From positions 16,452,101 to 16,516,100 of the forward strand of contig NC_092677.1 in assembly GCF_964355755.1 (NCBI RefSeq): DNA of 64,000 nt. The letters run 5' to 3'. The position numbers and the translations under genes were made by a program. The notes beneath the pieces were generated by a model. The model had not been told where the DNA came from. It saw nothing but the letters and a program-made list of their open reading frames with translations, and did no database searches. Origin of the DNA: Antedon mediterranea (Eukaryota > Animalia > Echinodermata). Below, one piece after another: positions 11,540-24,550 of this stretch. Within the stretch, counting starts at the first letter, position 1, and each line of letters starts with the position of its first letter.

Positions 11540-12945
11540 AAAAGCCCAGTCTGGGTTATATGCTCATTCCAGATTATAAGTAGATTATACGCCCAGACTG
11601 GATACCTATACCTAGTCTGGGATTTTAAATGCAGCCTGTAGCCCAGCCTAGGATGGTGAGCTGTAAATAGCCCTGCATGGGCTTTAGAGAAGCCCTGCCT
11701 GGGTTTTAGAGTAGCCCAGTCTGGGTTATAAGTAGTCCAGTCCAGACATCGTATTTTGAGGTGTGGGAGTGCAAACACTCACTTAACACGTAAAATACCC
11801 AGTCTGAGTTATAAGTAACCCAGTCTGAGTTATAAGTAACCCAGTCTGAGTTATAAGTAACCCAGTCTGGGTTATAAGTAACTCAGTCTGGGTTATAAGT
11901 AACCCAGTCTGAGTTATAAATAACCCAGTCTGAGTTATAAGTAACCCATTCTGTGTTATACTCATGACCCATTCTGAGTCATAAGTAACCCAGTCTGAGT
12001 CACAAGTAGCTCAGCACAGCTTGTGTTATGCATACATACAGTAGCCCAGTCTGGGTTATAAGTAGCTCAGTCTGGGTTATAAGTAGCTCAGTCTGGGTTA
12101 CACTCAGCCCAGCCTGTATTCATGTTATACATAGCCCACTCTGAGTTATAAGTAACCCAGTCTGAGTTACAAGTAGCTCAGCCTGTGTTATACTCATAAC
12201 CCAGTCTGAGTCACAAGTATACATACATACAGTAACCCAGTACGAGTCACAAGTAGCTCAGCGCAGCTTGTGTTATACATACATAGAGAAGCCCAGTCTG
12301 AGTTATAAGTAGCTCAGCCTGTGTTATACACATAACCCAGTCTGAGTCACAAGTAGCTAAGCACAGCTGTGTTATACATACATACAGTAGCCCAGTCTGA
12401 GTTATAAGTAGCTCAGCCTGTGTTATACACATAACCCAGTCTGAGTCACAAGTAGCTAAGCACAGCTGTGTTATACATACATACAGTAGCCCAGTCTGAG
12501 TTATAAGTAGCTCAGCCTGTGTTATACACATAACCCAGTCTGAGTCACAAGTAGCTAAGCACAGCTGTGTTATACATACATACAGTAGCCCAGTCTGGGT
12601 TATAAGTAGCTCAGCCTGTGTTATACACATAACCCAGTCTGAGTCACAAGTAGCTCAGCGCAGATTGTGTTATACATACATACAGTAGCCCAGTTTGGGT
12701 TATAAGTAGCTCAGTCTGGGTTATAAGTAGCTCAGTCTGGGTTACACTCAGCCCAGCCTGTATTCATGTTATACATAGCCCACTCTGAGTTATAAGTAAC
12801 CCAGTTTGAGTTACAAGTAGCTCAGCCTGTGTTATACATAGCCCAGTTTAGGTTATTAAGTACCAGTCTGAGTTACAAGTAGCTCAGCCTATGTTATACA
12901 TAGCCCAGTTTAGGTTATTAAGTAGCCCAGTTTGAGTTATACAAC
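11540..12945. repeat. Minisatellite: 21-bp unit (cccagtctgagttataagtaa) with a 99-bp higher-order repeat
   Basis: Visible tandem units. The ORF track shows a 7-aa period (TQTGLLI) at 11783-11965 and a 33-aa period at 12247-12630. Confidence 0.95.
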
Positions 12946-13401
12946 ATGTGTGGTCCAGACTGTGTTTTATAAGTCTCGGTTGGCTGTATGTCCAAAACAT
13001 GCTAAAACCATTACTTTTTGTTCTTTCAAATATACCTCAACATCATGTTTAAAATTGAAGTTAGGTAGACAAATAAATAAGGCATCATGTGCTGGTGCCT
13101 GTGTGTCTCTCTTATTGTTATAGATACTTATATTTCAATCTATTGTGAAATTTGCCATTGATGGCATAAAAATATGACTATAGTATTAGTCAAATTTTTG
13201 ACACATTGCAAAAGTATTTTCAATCTATTGTGGTATTTTCCATTGATGGCATAACACTATGGCTATATTTGTAAAATTCTTGAGTTTTTTTTTTCTGACC
13301 ATGTTCACAACTTGTCCCTGCATTGTTATAGTTGTAATGTATTCAGTCAAATAAAAATAGAAGTGACTATATTTCTACTTGCAATTTATCTGAAGACACT
13401 A

Positions 13402-16400
13402 TCACTCATTTTTCAGGTTGTCACGGTCAACTAGTTGTTTTTGCACGGCTTTGGACAAACTGTTTAGAAATTGTTCTAAAGATACTGATGGTCTCTAAAA
13501 GAAAAAGAAACACAGATTAACCACTTACAAAAGATTCGCCGGGTTTATTAGATGCACTGGGACACATTAATTATTAGCAATTAACACAATCACTTACTGG
13601 AAAAAGGAATGTAAAAATAATATACTTAAAAATACATTTAAAAATACAAAAACTGATTTACCTGAATAAACAACGCATGTGCTAGAAATGGCATTTTACG
13701 TAGCGTTCTACCGCTTAGCCCATAGCTACCACTGGAAGAAAAAATGTTATCATTCGTAACCATTTACATTCATCAAACAAATCTTCAACAAAAAATGTAT
13801 GTTGGTTCAGTACACGCTTCTTCCACTGAACTTGGATCGAACTATAGCCATATATATGAACACCAGACAAGTAATCTGGAATTACCACCACAGGATTGGG
13901 AAAAAATGTTCAGTGTCAGAGTAGGTCAAAGATTTGACCAATTTTAAAATTAGCTCTATGACAAACAGCTACTGCTGTAATAACTTAACAACCTAACATT
14001 ATGAAAAACAAACATTAAAAAATATCATCAGTCCACCACACAGTTAGTAGTCTTCCAGATCGTAAATTTTCTTAAACAGTAATTATTACCAGCTTCACAG
14101 AATCAACATTAAACCTGTACCCGAACTTCACCACAGCAACATGGGACTGATATTTTACTGTAAACTAAGATTACATTCTGTGGGTCTATAAGAGAGTAAT
14201 ACTCACTCTGCTATTTCTTTTAAACGAAGGCTAAAATGGGTTGCATCCGTCTTTTCAAAGTTTATTGACCTTAGACTTTGCAGATCCAGTAAACTTTGTG
14301 TAGGGTAAATGATTCCAGTCTACAAAAACAAATTATATGATTAAATCAAATCAACGAACCAACATAGAAAATGAGGAAAAAAAAGTGGGGGAAGGGGGAA
14401 AACCAATAATAATGCTTATAAATAAATATGTATATATTGATGATATAAGCATAAATATTGGATTATTGTTTTTTGAAGATTTGCATGGTGAAATCAATAT
14501 GTTGATATAGAGTTTACAGTATACCACATATATTTAGTTCTGGAAAGAACTGTCAAGTTTCTCAACGTTTCGATTAATATACTTAGGTCGTCTGTTTGTC
14601 CTTTATTTTTAAATGGCAATAACACGACAATAAAAACCAATTTATATATACTGTAGATGAACATAAAGGTTTTGGTATATGATTTTTTATTCTGGGCTGA
14701 AACCATAATGCAATTCAATTTAACTGCAGTTACTGCAGTAATTACATTCACTCTTACCCTTTTTATCAACTATTTAAATAAACTTTTTTCACACTCTTTA
14801 TTGATGTGATTGCCTCATTTACATTGAAAAAAAAAAAACAACTAAAAACTACAGAAAATTTGTGTCGGTTGTGTCGCATACCTTCATAAGTTCATTTATA
14901 CAGGATAAATATATTTTATAGATAGCAGCGGGTGATGGAACGCCAATGTACTGCTTGATGTCCGCTCGGTCAACAAACGCAAGATCAATGGCGCCTGTCA
15001 CATTAGACGTCGTTAAAATTAGAACATTAGGAAATCTAGAAAAAACATTAACAAAGTAAAGTACTATGTGGAACCTCCACATGTGTCATAATATGTAAAT
15101 TGTGTGATACAGTATCATGTGTATAACATGTGGCACCTAAACTATTATAAGGTTATATCAAAATTGAGAGTGTGTGGCGCAGTCTGTTGGTTGACTACTG
15201 ATCGTGAAATCCCGAGTTCGAATCCATCTCTCATTGTATGTATCAAATGTGTACAAATGGGTACGTGGTATTATAGGTCGAAACACAACTGCAATAATTA
15301 CTGGCTGAAACTTTATGGGAGTACAGTATGTTTCCAGACATGTTTGATCCAAAAATGGCCGGGATAAGAATGTGAAGTACTTAGAGGATTTGTGCATTAA
15401 CTTATTATTATGGCCTAAGACATAGGTGTCACATGTGATACTGTATTAAAAAATTTGCCTATGATACTAGAAATATATATAGTACCAAGAATCAGGTATA
15501 TAAAAGGTAAACGCTAACAGGCTATCCTTGTCTCGGAAATTATTATTGTGTATACCAACTATTCCAGTTTTGTCTAGACAATAATAAATGTACTCTAAGC
15601 TTACTTTTTAATTTGATCGATCTGTGTAAGCAGTGCATTAACTACTCGTATTGCGTCCGATGGTTCAGTACCATTGAGGGAGCTCTTCCTTGCGGATGTA
15701 AGACTCTCTACCTGTAGAAAATACAGTAGCAAATTAGTGACCTCATTTTTGCTACTGTTTTTCTTAACCAGTGTGTTAAATCCAGGGATACAGTATAAAC
15801 AATATTATTTGTTTATTGAAATAAAAACATTTTACAAACAAACCTGTGCGTTGTCCAGATAAAACGTTCAAAATAAAATTATTTAATAATTAAACTGAAG
15901 TAGATGACTAGCATGTCAACTGGTCACATTAGCAAATTTTTTCAGTTTGGTAAAGTTTGTGGTGGCTGTTTAACCTATGAGTTTGAATGCATATATATTA
16001 TACTCTGGAAAGAGTCAGAGTGATATTGTTGTTATTTCATTTTTTACATCCTTTTTATTGTTATGTAAGTATTGTATAGTAATTTTGTAATTGCAACGTT
16101 TTTAGCCTTTCGGCTACTTGTTGTAAGTTTTATACCAGAATAAATAAATAAAAATAAATAAATAAATAAAAACTTGTACTCACCTCATCTATAAGCACAC
16201 ACACCAAAGCATTTGGGTCATCTATTAATTCCTGAATTTTCTGAAACATCTTCATAACAAGTTTACCGCTCTGAACAAATTTAAGAGTTAAAAAACAAAA
16301 ATTAATCCTTGTCATGGAAGCCATAGAGCTAGTTCCGGAAACACAACATCACTACAAAACTTGTATTGTTTTTCATTCTTTTTGTAAAACAGATCGTTTG

Positions 16401-19400
16401 TAATTGGGAGAGTTTACTGTATGCACAAGTAATAGCTTTATGATTTAATTTGAAATCAGCCGTTTACCATTCAAGACTGCATTCAAAATTAAGTGTACAT
16501 AGCATGATTTAAAATACTTCTTTTCCTTAACTTCACTGTTTCATTCAAAATAGTGTTTATCAGCCGTTTACCATTCAAGACTACATTAAAAATTAAGTAT
16601 AAACAACACGATTTAAGATACTTCTTTTCCTTAGCTTCACTATTTCATTCAAAATAGTGTTTATTGATTGAAATATATATTTATACTGGGTAACCTCTTC
16701 AGTCAAAGACTTGTCTCCCAGAGGGCCCAGTTGGTGATCAGTGGCTGTGATGTACTAATACACCGGGGTAACCCCCTACTCGTCTCGAAAGATGTACTAG
16801 GTTCTTTAAAGTGCACACAAGCTAGATGTGTACACTGGACCTACGGTTTATAGTCCTTATCCGAGAAGACTCGTTCTACCAGAACCATGGAGTGAGTGAG
16901 CCTCGAACCCTTGCCGATGTTATGGCTACGTAATTACGGTTCCACTGTCTTCACCGCTTGGCCACTCACTCACCATCAGCCGTTTACCATTCAAGACTAC
17001 ACTAAAATTGAGTGTACATAACACGATTTAAGATACTGTACTTCTTTCCTTAGCTTCACTATTTCATTCAAAATAGTGTTTATCAGTTTTAACCATTCAA
17101 GACTAGGTTACAAATTGATCATGGCTTAAGTGTAATATACTTGTAACAAGATGTTTTAAAAAATATTGGATTGTCACCCAAACATAAGCACTATATTCTT
17201 TACCTCAGAAAACCACTTTGAAAACAAGCTATGACTATTTATCTCTATCAGTTGACCATAAACATATCTGTAAGCAATTAAACATTAATTATTATTTAAT
17301 TGATAAGAAATAAAAACGATCATGATAATGGAGTTGATTTATAAAAAGTGTTCTGATTTGTGTGGTTCTTCACATTATTTTATGCTATATAAATAATAAT
17401 GTTTATAACAATATTTACCCAGGTGAAAGAGCAACTTTGGAGATTCTCTGCCATAATAGCATAACATTGCTGTTGCTTAGTGAGTTGGAACACTGTGGTA
17501 GTTAATACATCTCATCATACCTTTCAGATAACCTAATACATAGTTTCTGTGCAAGTGATGATGATGTCTGCATATTTAGTGTACCTACCTTTCAGATAAT
17601 CTAATACATAGTTTCTGTGCAAGTGATAACGATGTCTGCATATTTAGTGTACCTACCTTTCAGATAATCTAATACATAGTTTCTGTGCAAGTGATAACGA
17701 TGTCTGCATATTTAGTGTACCTACCTTTCAGATAACCTAATACAGAGTTTCTGTGCAAGTGCTTTACATAACGATGTCTTGCCAGTTCCAGGTGGTCCTA
17801 GGTACAAGACATATAACAACTTAAAGTTAAAGACGACTGCGGGAACTTGACTTGTAAATATAATTCACAATCCAGCTAATGGCTGTAATGTTTTATTTTC
17901 TTTGTAATTTTGCTCGTTTTAATAAAATACTATTATATATAAAATACATACAGTAAATACAAAGGAACATTAGAGAAATGCAAATACATCCACTATATAT
18001 AAACAGTCAAGTCTCTAAAACCAGCAAACAAATTTAAGTTAGCCATGTACAGTATAGATTAAGACTAGATGAACTACTATAGTATTCAGGTGCCAGGTAA
18101 AACATAGTTTGGGTAGAGGGCCTTTAAAACCAGAGTAAAACGGAATAAATTTGGTATTTGGCACAGTAGTGTCCCTGAATTTTGAACCCACTTACCATGA
18201 AGAAGAACCACTCGATTCCACGAGATAATGTTATTATCTACATTTTTGTCAGAGAAAAGTAGTGTTGTGTGAGCGTACTGAAGCAGCTGTGATTTTATAC
18301 AGTCATCAAAAATCAAGTTTTCCCACATACCATCAAAATCAACTGAAAATTAAAAAAACAAATTACACTTTTATCCACCCGGAAATAAAAATACTTAGTT
18401 ACATAGTATGAATCTTTCGATTTGCGATAACTGATGACCCAACTAGGCCATGTCAATTCATTGTGCACATGTGCGGGGATGTTTGTATGTGCTTCCTCGC
18501 TATAACAACATTTCAAAATATTTAAAGTACAGACTACATAGAAATGTGGTTTTGTCATTACATAACATCCTTCTCCCCTACAGGTCATGTGTCAACTGTG
18601 GAACTAAACTGTAGTACACCTGGGTAACACACTAGGTTGTTTAAGCGTGGTTCCCACTAGCGACGCAACACAAGGACGTAACGCAACGCAAGTGAATTGA
18701 CCAATCGCAAGCGATGGCTTATTCGCTTGTGATTGCTAACTGTCTATAACTTCGCTTGTCATTGGTTAAAATGCTTGCATTGCGTTTACGTCCTTGCGTT
18801 ACGTACTAGTGGGAACCAAGCTTTAAGGTGCACAGTTGTGAACCTAAACTTTATAGTTCTTGATCTCAGAAGACTTGCTCTACAACCAGAACAATGTAGC
18901 GAGACAGCCGAAAACCCAAAACGGCTATATATTAATGTTCCCCTGCTTAAAGCATTAAACCATTGGTTTTTAGATTTATTCATGACAATAATACCTGATG
19001 GTAACATCCAATGATTTGCTGCTGCTAATTCCTCATCGTCAAGTTCTTCTTGTCCTGGTCCATCCATGCCCAACTTGTAAACATGAATAAATAACTTCAC
19101 ATGGCACATGTTAATTGCCTACAATCAATAAGAAAACACAAATAGAAAATATAACATTTACAGTTATTATTAAATATTTATTTTATTTTTTATAACATAG
19201 CATTCTATGTTGAATTTGTTCTGTACGCTTGTTTAAAAACACTTAAGACTTTAAAAACACTTACACTTAAAAAGTCCTTAACTAAATTAATTTCAACTAG
19301 AGGGAAGTGTAGACGATGGTTCTCGGAATGATAATGACTCGAGTAAAAAGTTTTAGAAGGACATTCTGATTATTTTATTATTAAGGATGTAATGAGCCAG

Positions 19401-21147
19401 TGAACTTGGGTAATGCACTAACCCTTCCGATTGATGTACTGGTTCTAACACCAAAAGTATAATGGCAGAGGAGTGTCTTTATGACTATAGATTGCGCCGC
19501 ACCTGTCGGCCAATCAGCAAAAGTTATATCAACCAATCTAATGGTGTGTGGTGCAGTGTATTGGACTATTGATCGTGAGTTCAATCAAAAGCTTGTTGCA
19601 TTGCTTAGGCAAGATACTTTATTTATGTTTGTCTCTTTTCACCCAGGTGTACAAATGGGTACTTGGTATACATTACTGATTACTGGCTGCAACATTATGG
19701 AAGTATGTTTTCAGATGTGTTTGATTCAAAACATAACCAGGGTAATAATTTAAAGATATATTGTCCCCCTGAAAAAAATATTCTTAAAACATTTTTTGTT
19801 GAATATGCCATTTTAATATAACATAATAGTTATCCACTTTGACCAAAAATTGGATTAAAAAAAAATGTATTTTAACTGAAAAAAAACTGTAATTTAAAGC
19901 AAAAAATTGTCGAATTGGCTGCCATGCCAGCCAATAGGTTTTTGGTTGAATTTAACCATTTATTTTGTCATTTTATAAGTGAAAACATTAAAGGTACCAA
20001 GCTTGATTAGCTTCGGCTATACCTTGGCTACCTTTTGTATTGATACAATAAAGAAGAAGATTTAATATTTTTTCCATTTTTTTTTCTATGGAAGTGATTA
20101 ACTTTATTAAAACTACAAAATAACATATTCAAAGTCTGATTTAATTAATCTTCATTGTTTATGTTTTTGGGAGACACTACATCTTTAAACGCTTAGAGGC
20201 TTTGCGTATTAAGCACTAGCGTGTAAAACTAGTAAGTTAGAAGTAAAACATACCTGTTTTATTCCACCTTCAAATTCCACATCACACACAGCAATAGACT
20301 TGACGTGTTCAGCAAGGAATGCATCGTCAAATTCTGTAAGTTTCAACTCACCGTAGATCATGCGCTGATTGCGTAGTAAACTTTCTGTCCGTTGTTGTAA
20401 TTGTGACTTTTTTGCTGTGCTAATAAACATAAAAAAGAGAATTTATAGAAGGTGTATAATATATTGTGTTAGTACCAAACATTACTTATAAAATGTACTG
20501 TAGGTATTGCTGAACTGTGCAAACCTAGCGCAAACAAATTCTATACTGTAGATCTGTGGAGAAGTGTGGCCATTACAATCAATCAGACTTATATAGCGCT
20601 GGTATCTATGATTAATGTTCAAGGGTGCTTTACAAAGTTAAACTACAAACAGAAGTTGATTACCATGTAATACAGCAAGTACACTAATAAAAAACATTTG
20701 CCAAAAATACATTGTCAGTGGAATGGAATGACAAACAGGGTATCGCATACAGTATAACAAATATTTTAAAAATGTTTGCAAATCTGAAATGTAATGATGT
20801 GCTATAATAATACCGATATTTATAAATATATGCCTTAAAATGTATATATTTTTATATATGATGACCTTATTATAAAAGCATATCAAGGAGTTGAGTATGT
20901 ATTTCCGTAGTATTTATTTTCACTTCCGTACATAATTAGGCCAAATTTTCGTAGAAATACGGGCATTTCTGCAGTTCTGCTGTTAACCACAGCAACATTT
21001 TTAACAAAGCAACATACAGTAGTTGATATTTCACACACTCACTGAAGGTATAGTTTCTTACCTACAGGGACTTTGGCATACTTCAACATGTATATTCTGA
21101 ACAGGTGTGTTTGGTAAAGAATCCTCTAAATCATTTATTTTATACAT
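13402..21147 (-). CDS. TRIP13: TRIP13/Pch2 AAA+ ATPase (~427 aa, 12 coding exons)
   Basis: Exons 21147-21062, 20419-20254, 19118-18995, 18342-18196, 17797-17725, 17267-17204, 16270-16184, 15711-15605, 15035-14882, 14319-14207, 13731-13662, 13494-13402 total 1284 nt, all GT-AG and in frame. Motifs: [46 protein letters not shown] (Walker A), [28 protein letters not shown] (Walker B), [29 protein letters not shown]. Confidence 0.97.
15165..15410 (+). mobile_element. Degenerate tRNA-derived SINE (MetaSINE-like family)
   Basis: A-box tggcgcagtctg, B-box gagttcgaatcc and core gtgtacaaatgggtac; homologous to 47100-47416. Confidence 0.7.
16455..17105. repeat. ~104-bp tandem repeat (about 3 copies) interrupted by a SINE
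   Basis: Unit atcagccgtttaccattcaagact...aaaatagtgttt starts at ~16455, ~16559 and ~16975, with a partial copy at ~17082. Confidence 0.85.
16663..16974 (-). mobile_element. tRNA-derived SINE with Deu/Nin-type central domain, full length
   Basis: Near-identical reverse complement of 35232-35549, with a tRNA-like head, core gataaggactataaaccgtaggtcc..ctttaaagaacc..gagtagggggttaccccgg and a (caat)n tail. Confidence 0.85.
17521..17760 (-). repeat. 68-bp tandem repeat (~3.5 copies) spanning the TRIP13 exon 5 donor
   Basis: Units start at 17521, 17589, 17657 and 17725. Each carries the exon 3' end (..TTATCTGAAAG) followed by a GT donor. Confidence 0.92.
18644..18822. mobile_element. MITE with TIR aagc(g/t)tggttcccactag
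   Basis: Inverted termini, internally palindromic acgcaa/ttgcgt blocks and TTA/TAA-like flanks (PIF/Harbinger-like, inferred). Confidence 0.75.
19540..19750 (+). mobile_element. Degenerate MetaSINE-like copy
   Basis: ggcaagatacttta..cacccaggtgtacaaatgggtac core shared with 47100-47416. Confidence 0.7.
19754..20184. mobile_element. Non-autonomous TTAA-flanked DNA element (Kolobok-like)
   Basis: ttaa|agatatattgtccc ... gggagacactacatct|ttaa are imperfect TIRs. The same terminus recurs at ~59530-59547. Confidence 0.55.
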
Positions 21148-21849
21148 TTTAAAGGTAGAAACTGCAAAAGATAAATTAAATTGTTAATCAAGTTCTCTTA
21201 ATCATCAATATATAATAGCAATGTAGGCCTATATACAGTTTTCACCAAATAAAATATGACAGTCAACTGTGCCAATATAAAGTAAAATATTTATTTGGGT
21301 TTAGACCTAATATCACGAAATGATAGCTAACATACAGTTAGTAGGAAACAATAAATTTACATACATGTACGATTAACCATGCCAATAAATAGATGATTTT
21401 CGTGCTACGGAGGGAAGCTATCTTGCAGAGATGACAAACAGGGATAGGGCCTAGTCTGTATGGGAGTAAACGAACCAAATGGCAAAGAAAAGGCTGCCCT
21501 CTTTTAGCTAGAGAGAGGAGTAGGCCTAAAATAATAGGCCTAGCCTACATTACTTACCTACTAGAGGCCTAGTAGATAGGCCTAGCTAGCCACCACCAGC
21601 AGCCAGAATTTTATACTAGCTAAGGCCTAGCTGGGGCCTACCTATAGGGCTAGGCTAGGCCTAGACTAGTAGTAGTAGGCCCCCTACCCCTTACTTAGCT
21701 TAGAGTTAGGCCTCTAGCCTAGCCCCAGCAGGTAGGCCTACTAGCCTAGGCTATATAGGCCGGCCCTAGCTAGGCCTAGGCCTAGCCTAGGTTAGACAAT
21801 TTTAATCTAATAATAACAGAGCATGGGTATTCATTTAGCTTTTAATAGT

Positions 21850-22220
21850 AATCTTTGAATTTTAAACTACTGCTAAAAAGTCGAAGTTATATTACCACAA
21901 AACTCCGAAACATTCGAAGTTTCCGCTATTAAGTATTATTAGTGAGCATGATGGGATGGATATTTATTGAAAATAATATTTTTTTACATAATACATTATT
22001 ATTTACTTAATAGGTTTTAGCTATGGCATATACTATATCATAAATATCATACATGTTTTATTTCTTTTTTTATTCATGATAGATATTAATAATTATTTAT
22101 TATGTTAGATTACAAATATGTTTTTATAATTATATTAAAACAGAAAGCAAATGGCTGCGTCTTTTCGTACGTCCTCGCAAGACTATGACTTCCGTATAAC
22201 GTGCATTGTGGGTACATCAA
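21850..22220. promoter_or_regulatory. Candidate TRIP13 promoter / first non-coding exon region
   Basis: The ATG exon has an upstream acceptor (~21162), which implies a 5'UTR exon; a donor-like TG|GTAAT lies at ~21895 on the minus strand. ZNF143/Staf-like motifs occur at ~21945-21957 (gcatgatgggat) and 22201-22214 (gtgcattgtgggta), and a YY1-like aaatggctgc at ~22149. Motif-level inference only. Confidence 0.4.
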
Positions 22221-24550
22221 CTTTTATAGAGAGCTAGGGAATCATAATTTAGTATGCAGAATATAGAGGCGGGGCAACCAAACTTGCTCAGCAAATCAGA
22301 GCTCAGGGAAGTTAATTTTCTGAAACAACTCAACCCATCAATCATAATGGGGTAGAGAGGTAGGCCTAGCCTGGGAGAGATTCGGATTATTAGCCCTTTT
22401 GGAAATTGTACAATCATCATGGCACCGCCACAAGAAAATGTAAACCATCATCGCAAACCAAACAGAGCATACCGATCATGGAGGTATAATTATACCTCCA
22501 TGTGTACCGATCTCAGACTCAGGAAAGACTAAAAAAAAAAGAGTTCAACCATTGAGTAAAGAATAAGAGGAGGCACAACACGGCCTAGCTATCCAGTTAA
22601 TCCAATTAGTATCACGCTGTGCGGTAGTGCTTAAGCATAGGGTAATAAACTTCCCATAACGATCCTTTGAAGAACATCCTGTTACGTGCAGTGCAGCTCG
22701 CTCTGAGTCGGCTCTGATTACGTAACACCCTAATTAAGGAAGAAGCCAGGCATGACATCGGTGACAAGAAAAGTAAACAGAGGCTGCGCAGTAGTTTCTA
22801 ATACATCATAGTGAAGCATGACCTTTGTGCAGTTGTTAATTTCATTGTTCTTTGAGCTTTTTTCTCGAAAAAACCGTTTAAAAATCGAGTAAATTTTCAC
22901 GGAGATATCGCAGTTTTTATACCAGCTAACAAATTAATCATATTTGTTATCAAGCCATAGACGTATCATTTGGTAAATCGAAATTTTACCGTTTAAGCAA
23001 CTTTTTAATTTACGAACCCTAGTGCATTTTGTAGCATATTAAAGACTCACAACTTATTTTAAAATCATATTTTAGTGCGCGCATGAAAACAATTATATAA
23101 TTTGTTCTCATGAATATTCAAAAATATACGTATATTAGAATTCCAACGACACAATTTCTTATTTTTATTACTGTATATGACATTTAATTTATGTGTCAGT
23201 CTATATTTTGACCGTTTAGCAAAACTAAAATTCTTCTGTTTTAGTCTGATATTGTATAATTAAATTAATGATATTAATATCATAAATATATGATTTTTAC
23301 GATCACATACTTAGAGTTCAGTGAAATTGTAGGACTAAATTATATATCGTTTAACGATTTGTGGCTACGCCTACTACATAGTAGGCCTCAGTTCGTAATA
23401 TATTATTAATATTATTTAATAAATAGCCTAAATAAGGATAATATTTAATCCCATAATGATGGACATATTTAGTGCATACCGTAACCGGTAGGCCTAATAG
23501 GTTCAGGCATATAGTAATAATAAACAATATCAATAATAATAGCAATAGGCTTTTTTTTATGTAGGTCTATAATATATTAATAATTGTAATAACGTTAGAA
23601 ATAGTAGTAATATCTTATTAAAGAAGAAATTAATCAATTAGTTTTAGTTTTCGGATAGTCGTTATTATAAAATATGGTATAAAATGGTACTACGAGAATA
23701 TTCGTTTAGTATCAACCCGTAACAACAACTATCATTATACTGTATGTGTTGGTTAAAAATTCAATTACAAATATAGTCTATGCTCTCTCTATAAGCCATT
23801 GTTTAAAAGGATTATGTACAGTTCGTTATATAGCGGTTAATCGTAAAATTAAAAAATAGATAGATCGCCAACATTATTCGTACCCTTTTGCTGTATTGCG
23901 TACGTCGATACAAAGTACACGACTGACGCGGCTGTAAACTTCGCCTGGAAAGTACACATTCTGGTCCCTGGATGGAACATGATATCACACGTAAACCGCA
24001 ATGGATCAGGCCCAATGTTAAACATTTCGTTCAAAGGGGAACCGCCAGACAACGTGCGTACCTATTCATTGTTTATTAGATCGCTGGCAATAATGCATGC
24101 ATATAAAGTGCAATAGCTCTCCGTTCCAACGTACTAAAAGAAATGGAACGTCGCGGTTTTTCTAGGCGCTGAACTTATACGAAGTGAATGCGAATGATTT
24201 TTACTGTATATTATATTCCCCGACGAAAAGTACTCGCGTTTCCCAGACGGGGAAGAGAGGGGGGGGGGGGGAGATACATCCCCCGTAGCCCCCCCCCCCC
24301 CCCCCGCGGGCACCACCACTGCTGGTCCTTATTAAACCCATTAATCCATCATGATTCATGATAAGTTGTCTGGAGAAATTACCAACATTAATAGTACACA
24401 GTAAACCATATAAATATAAATCGCCTCGCAAGAGTATTGACTTGTGACGTCCTAATACGCATGTGTACTAACACCAAAATTGACCGCGGGCAGTAAACAT
24501 TGTAATCTTTGCTAATTGGGTTACTAACGGCAGTGTTTAGCACCTATTAA

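Noticed and set aside
11783-12630. Repetitive ORFs (TQTGLLI..., CITQAELL...)
   Set aside because: They are stop-free readings of minisatellites whose unit is a multiple of 3, with no gene structure.
16668-16853. Near-identical 61-aa ORFs at 16668 and 35355 as a small gene family
   Set aside because: Both are antisense readings of the same SINE.
22140-22750. Additional gene starting at aaATGGCTGCG (~22151) or ORF 22217-22420
   Set aside because: No sustained ORF, recognisable domain or splice chain; treated as regulatory or TE-derived sequence.
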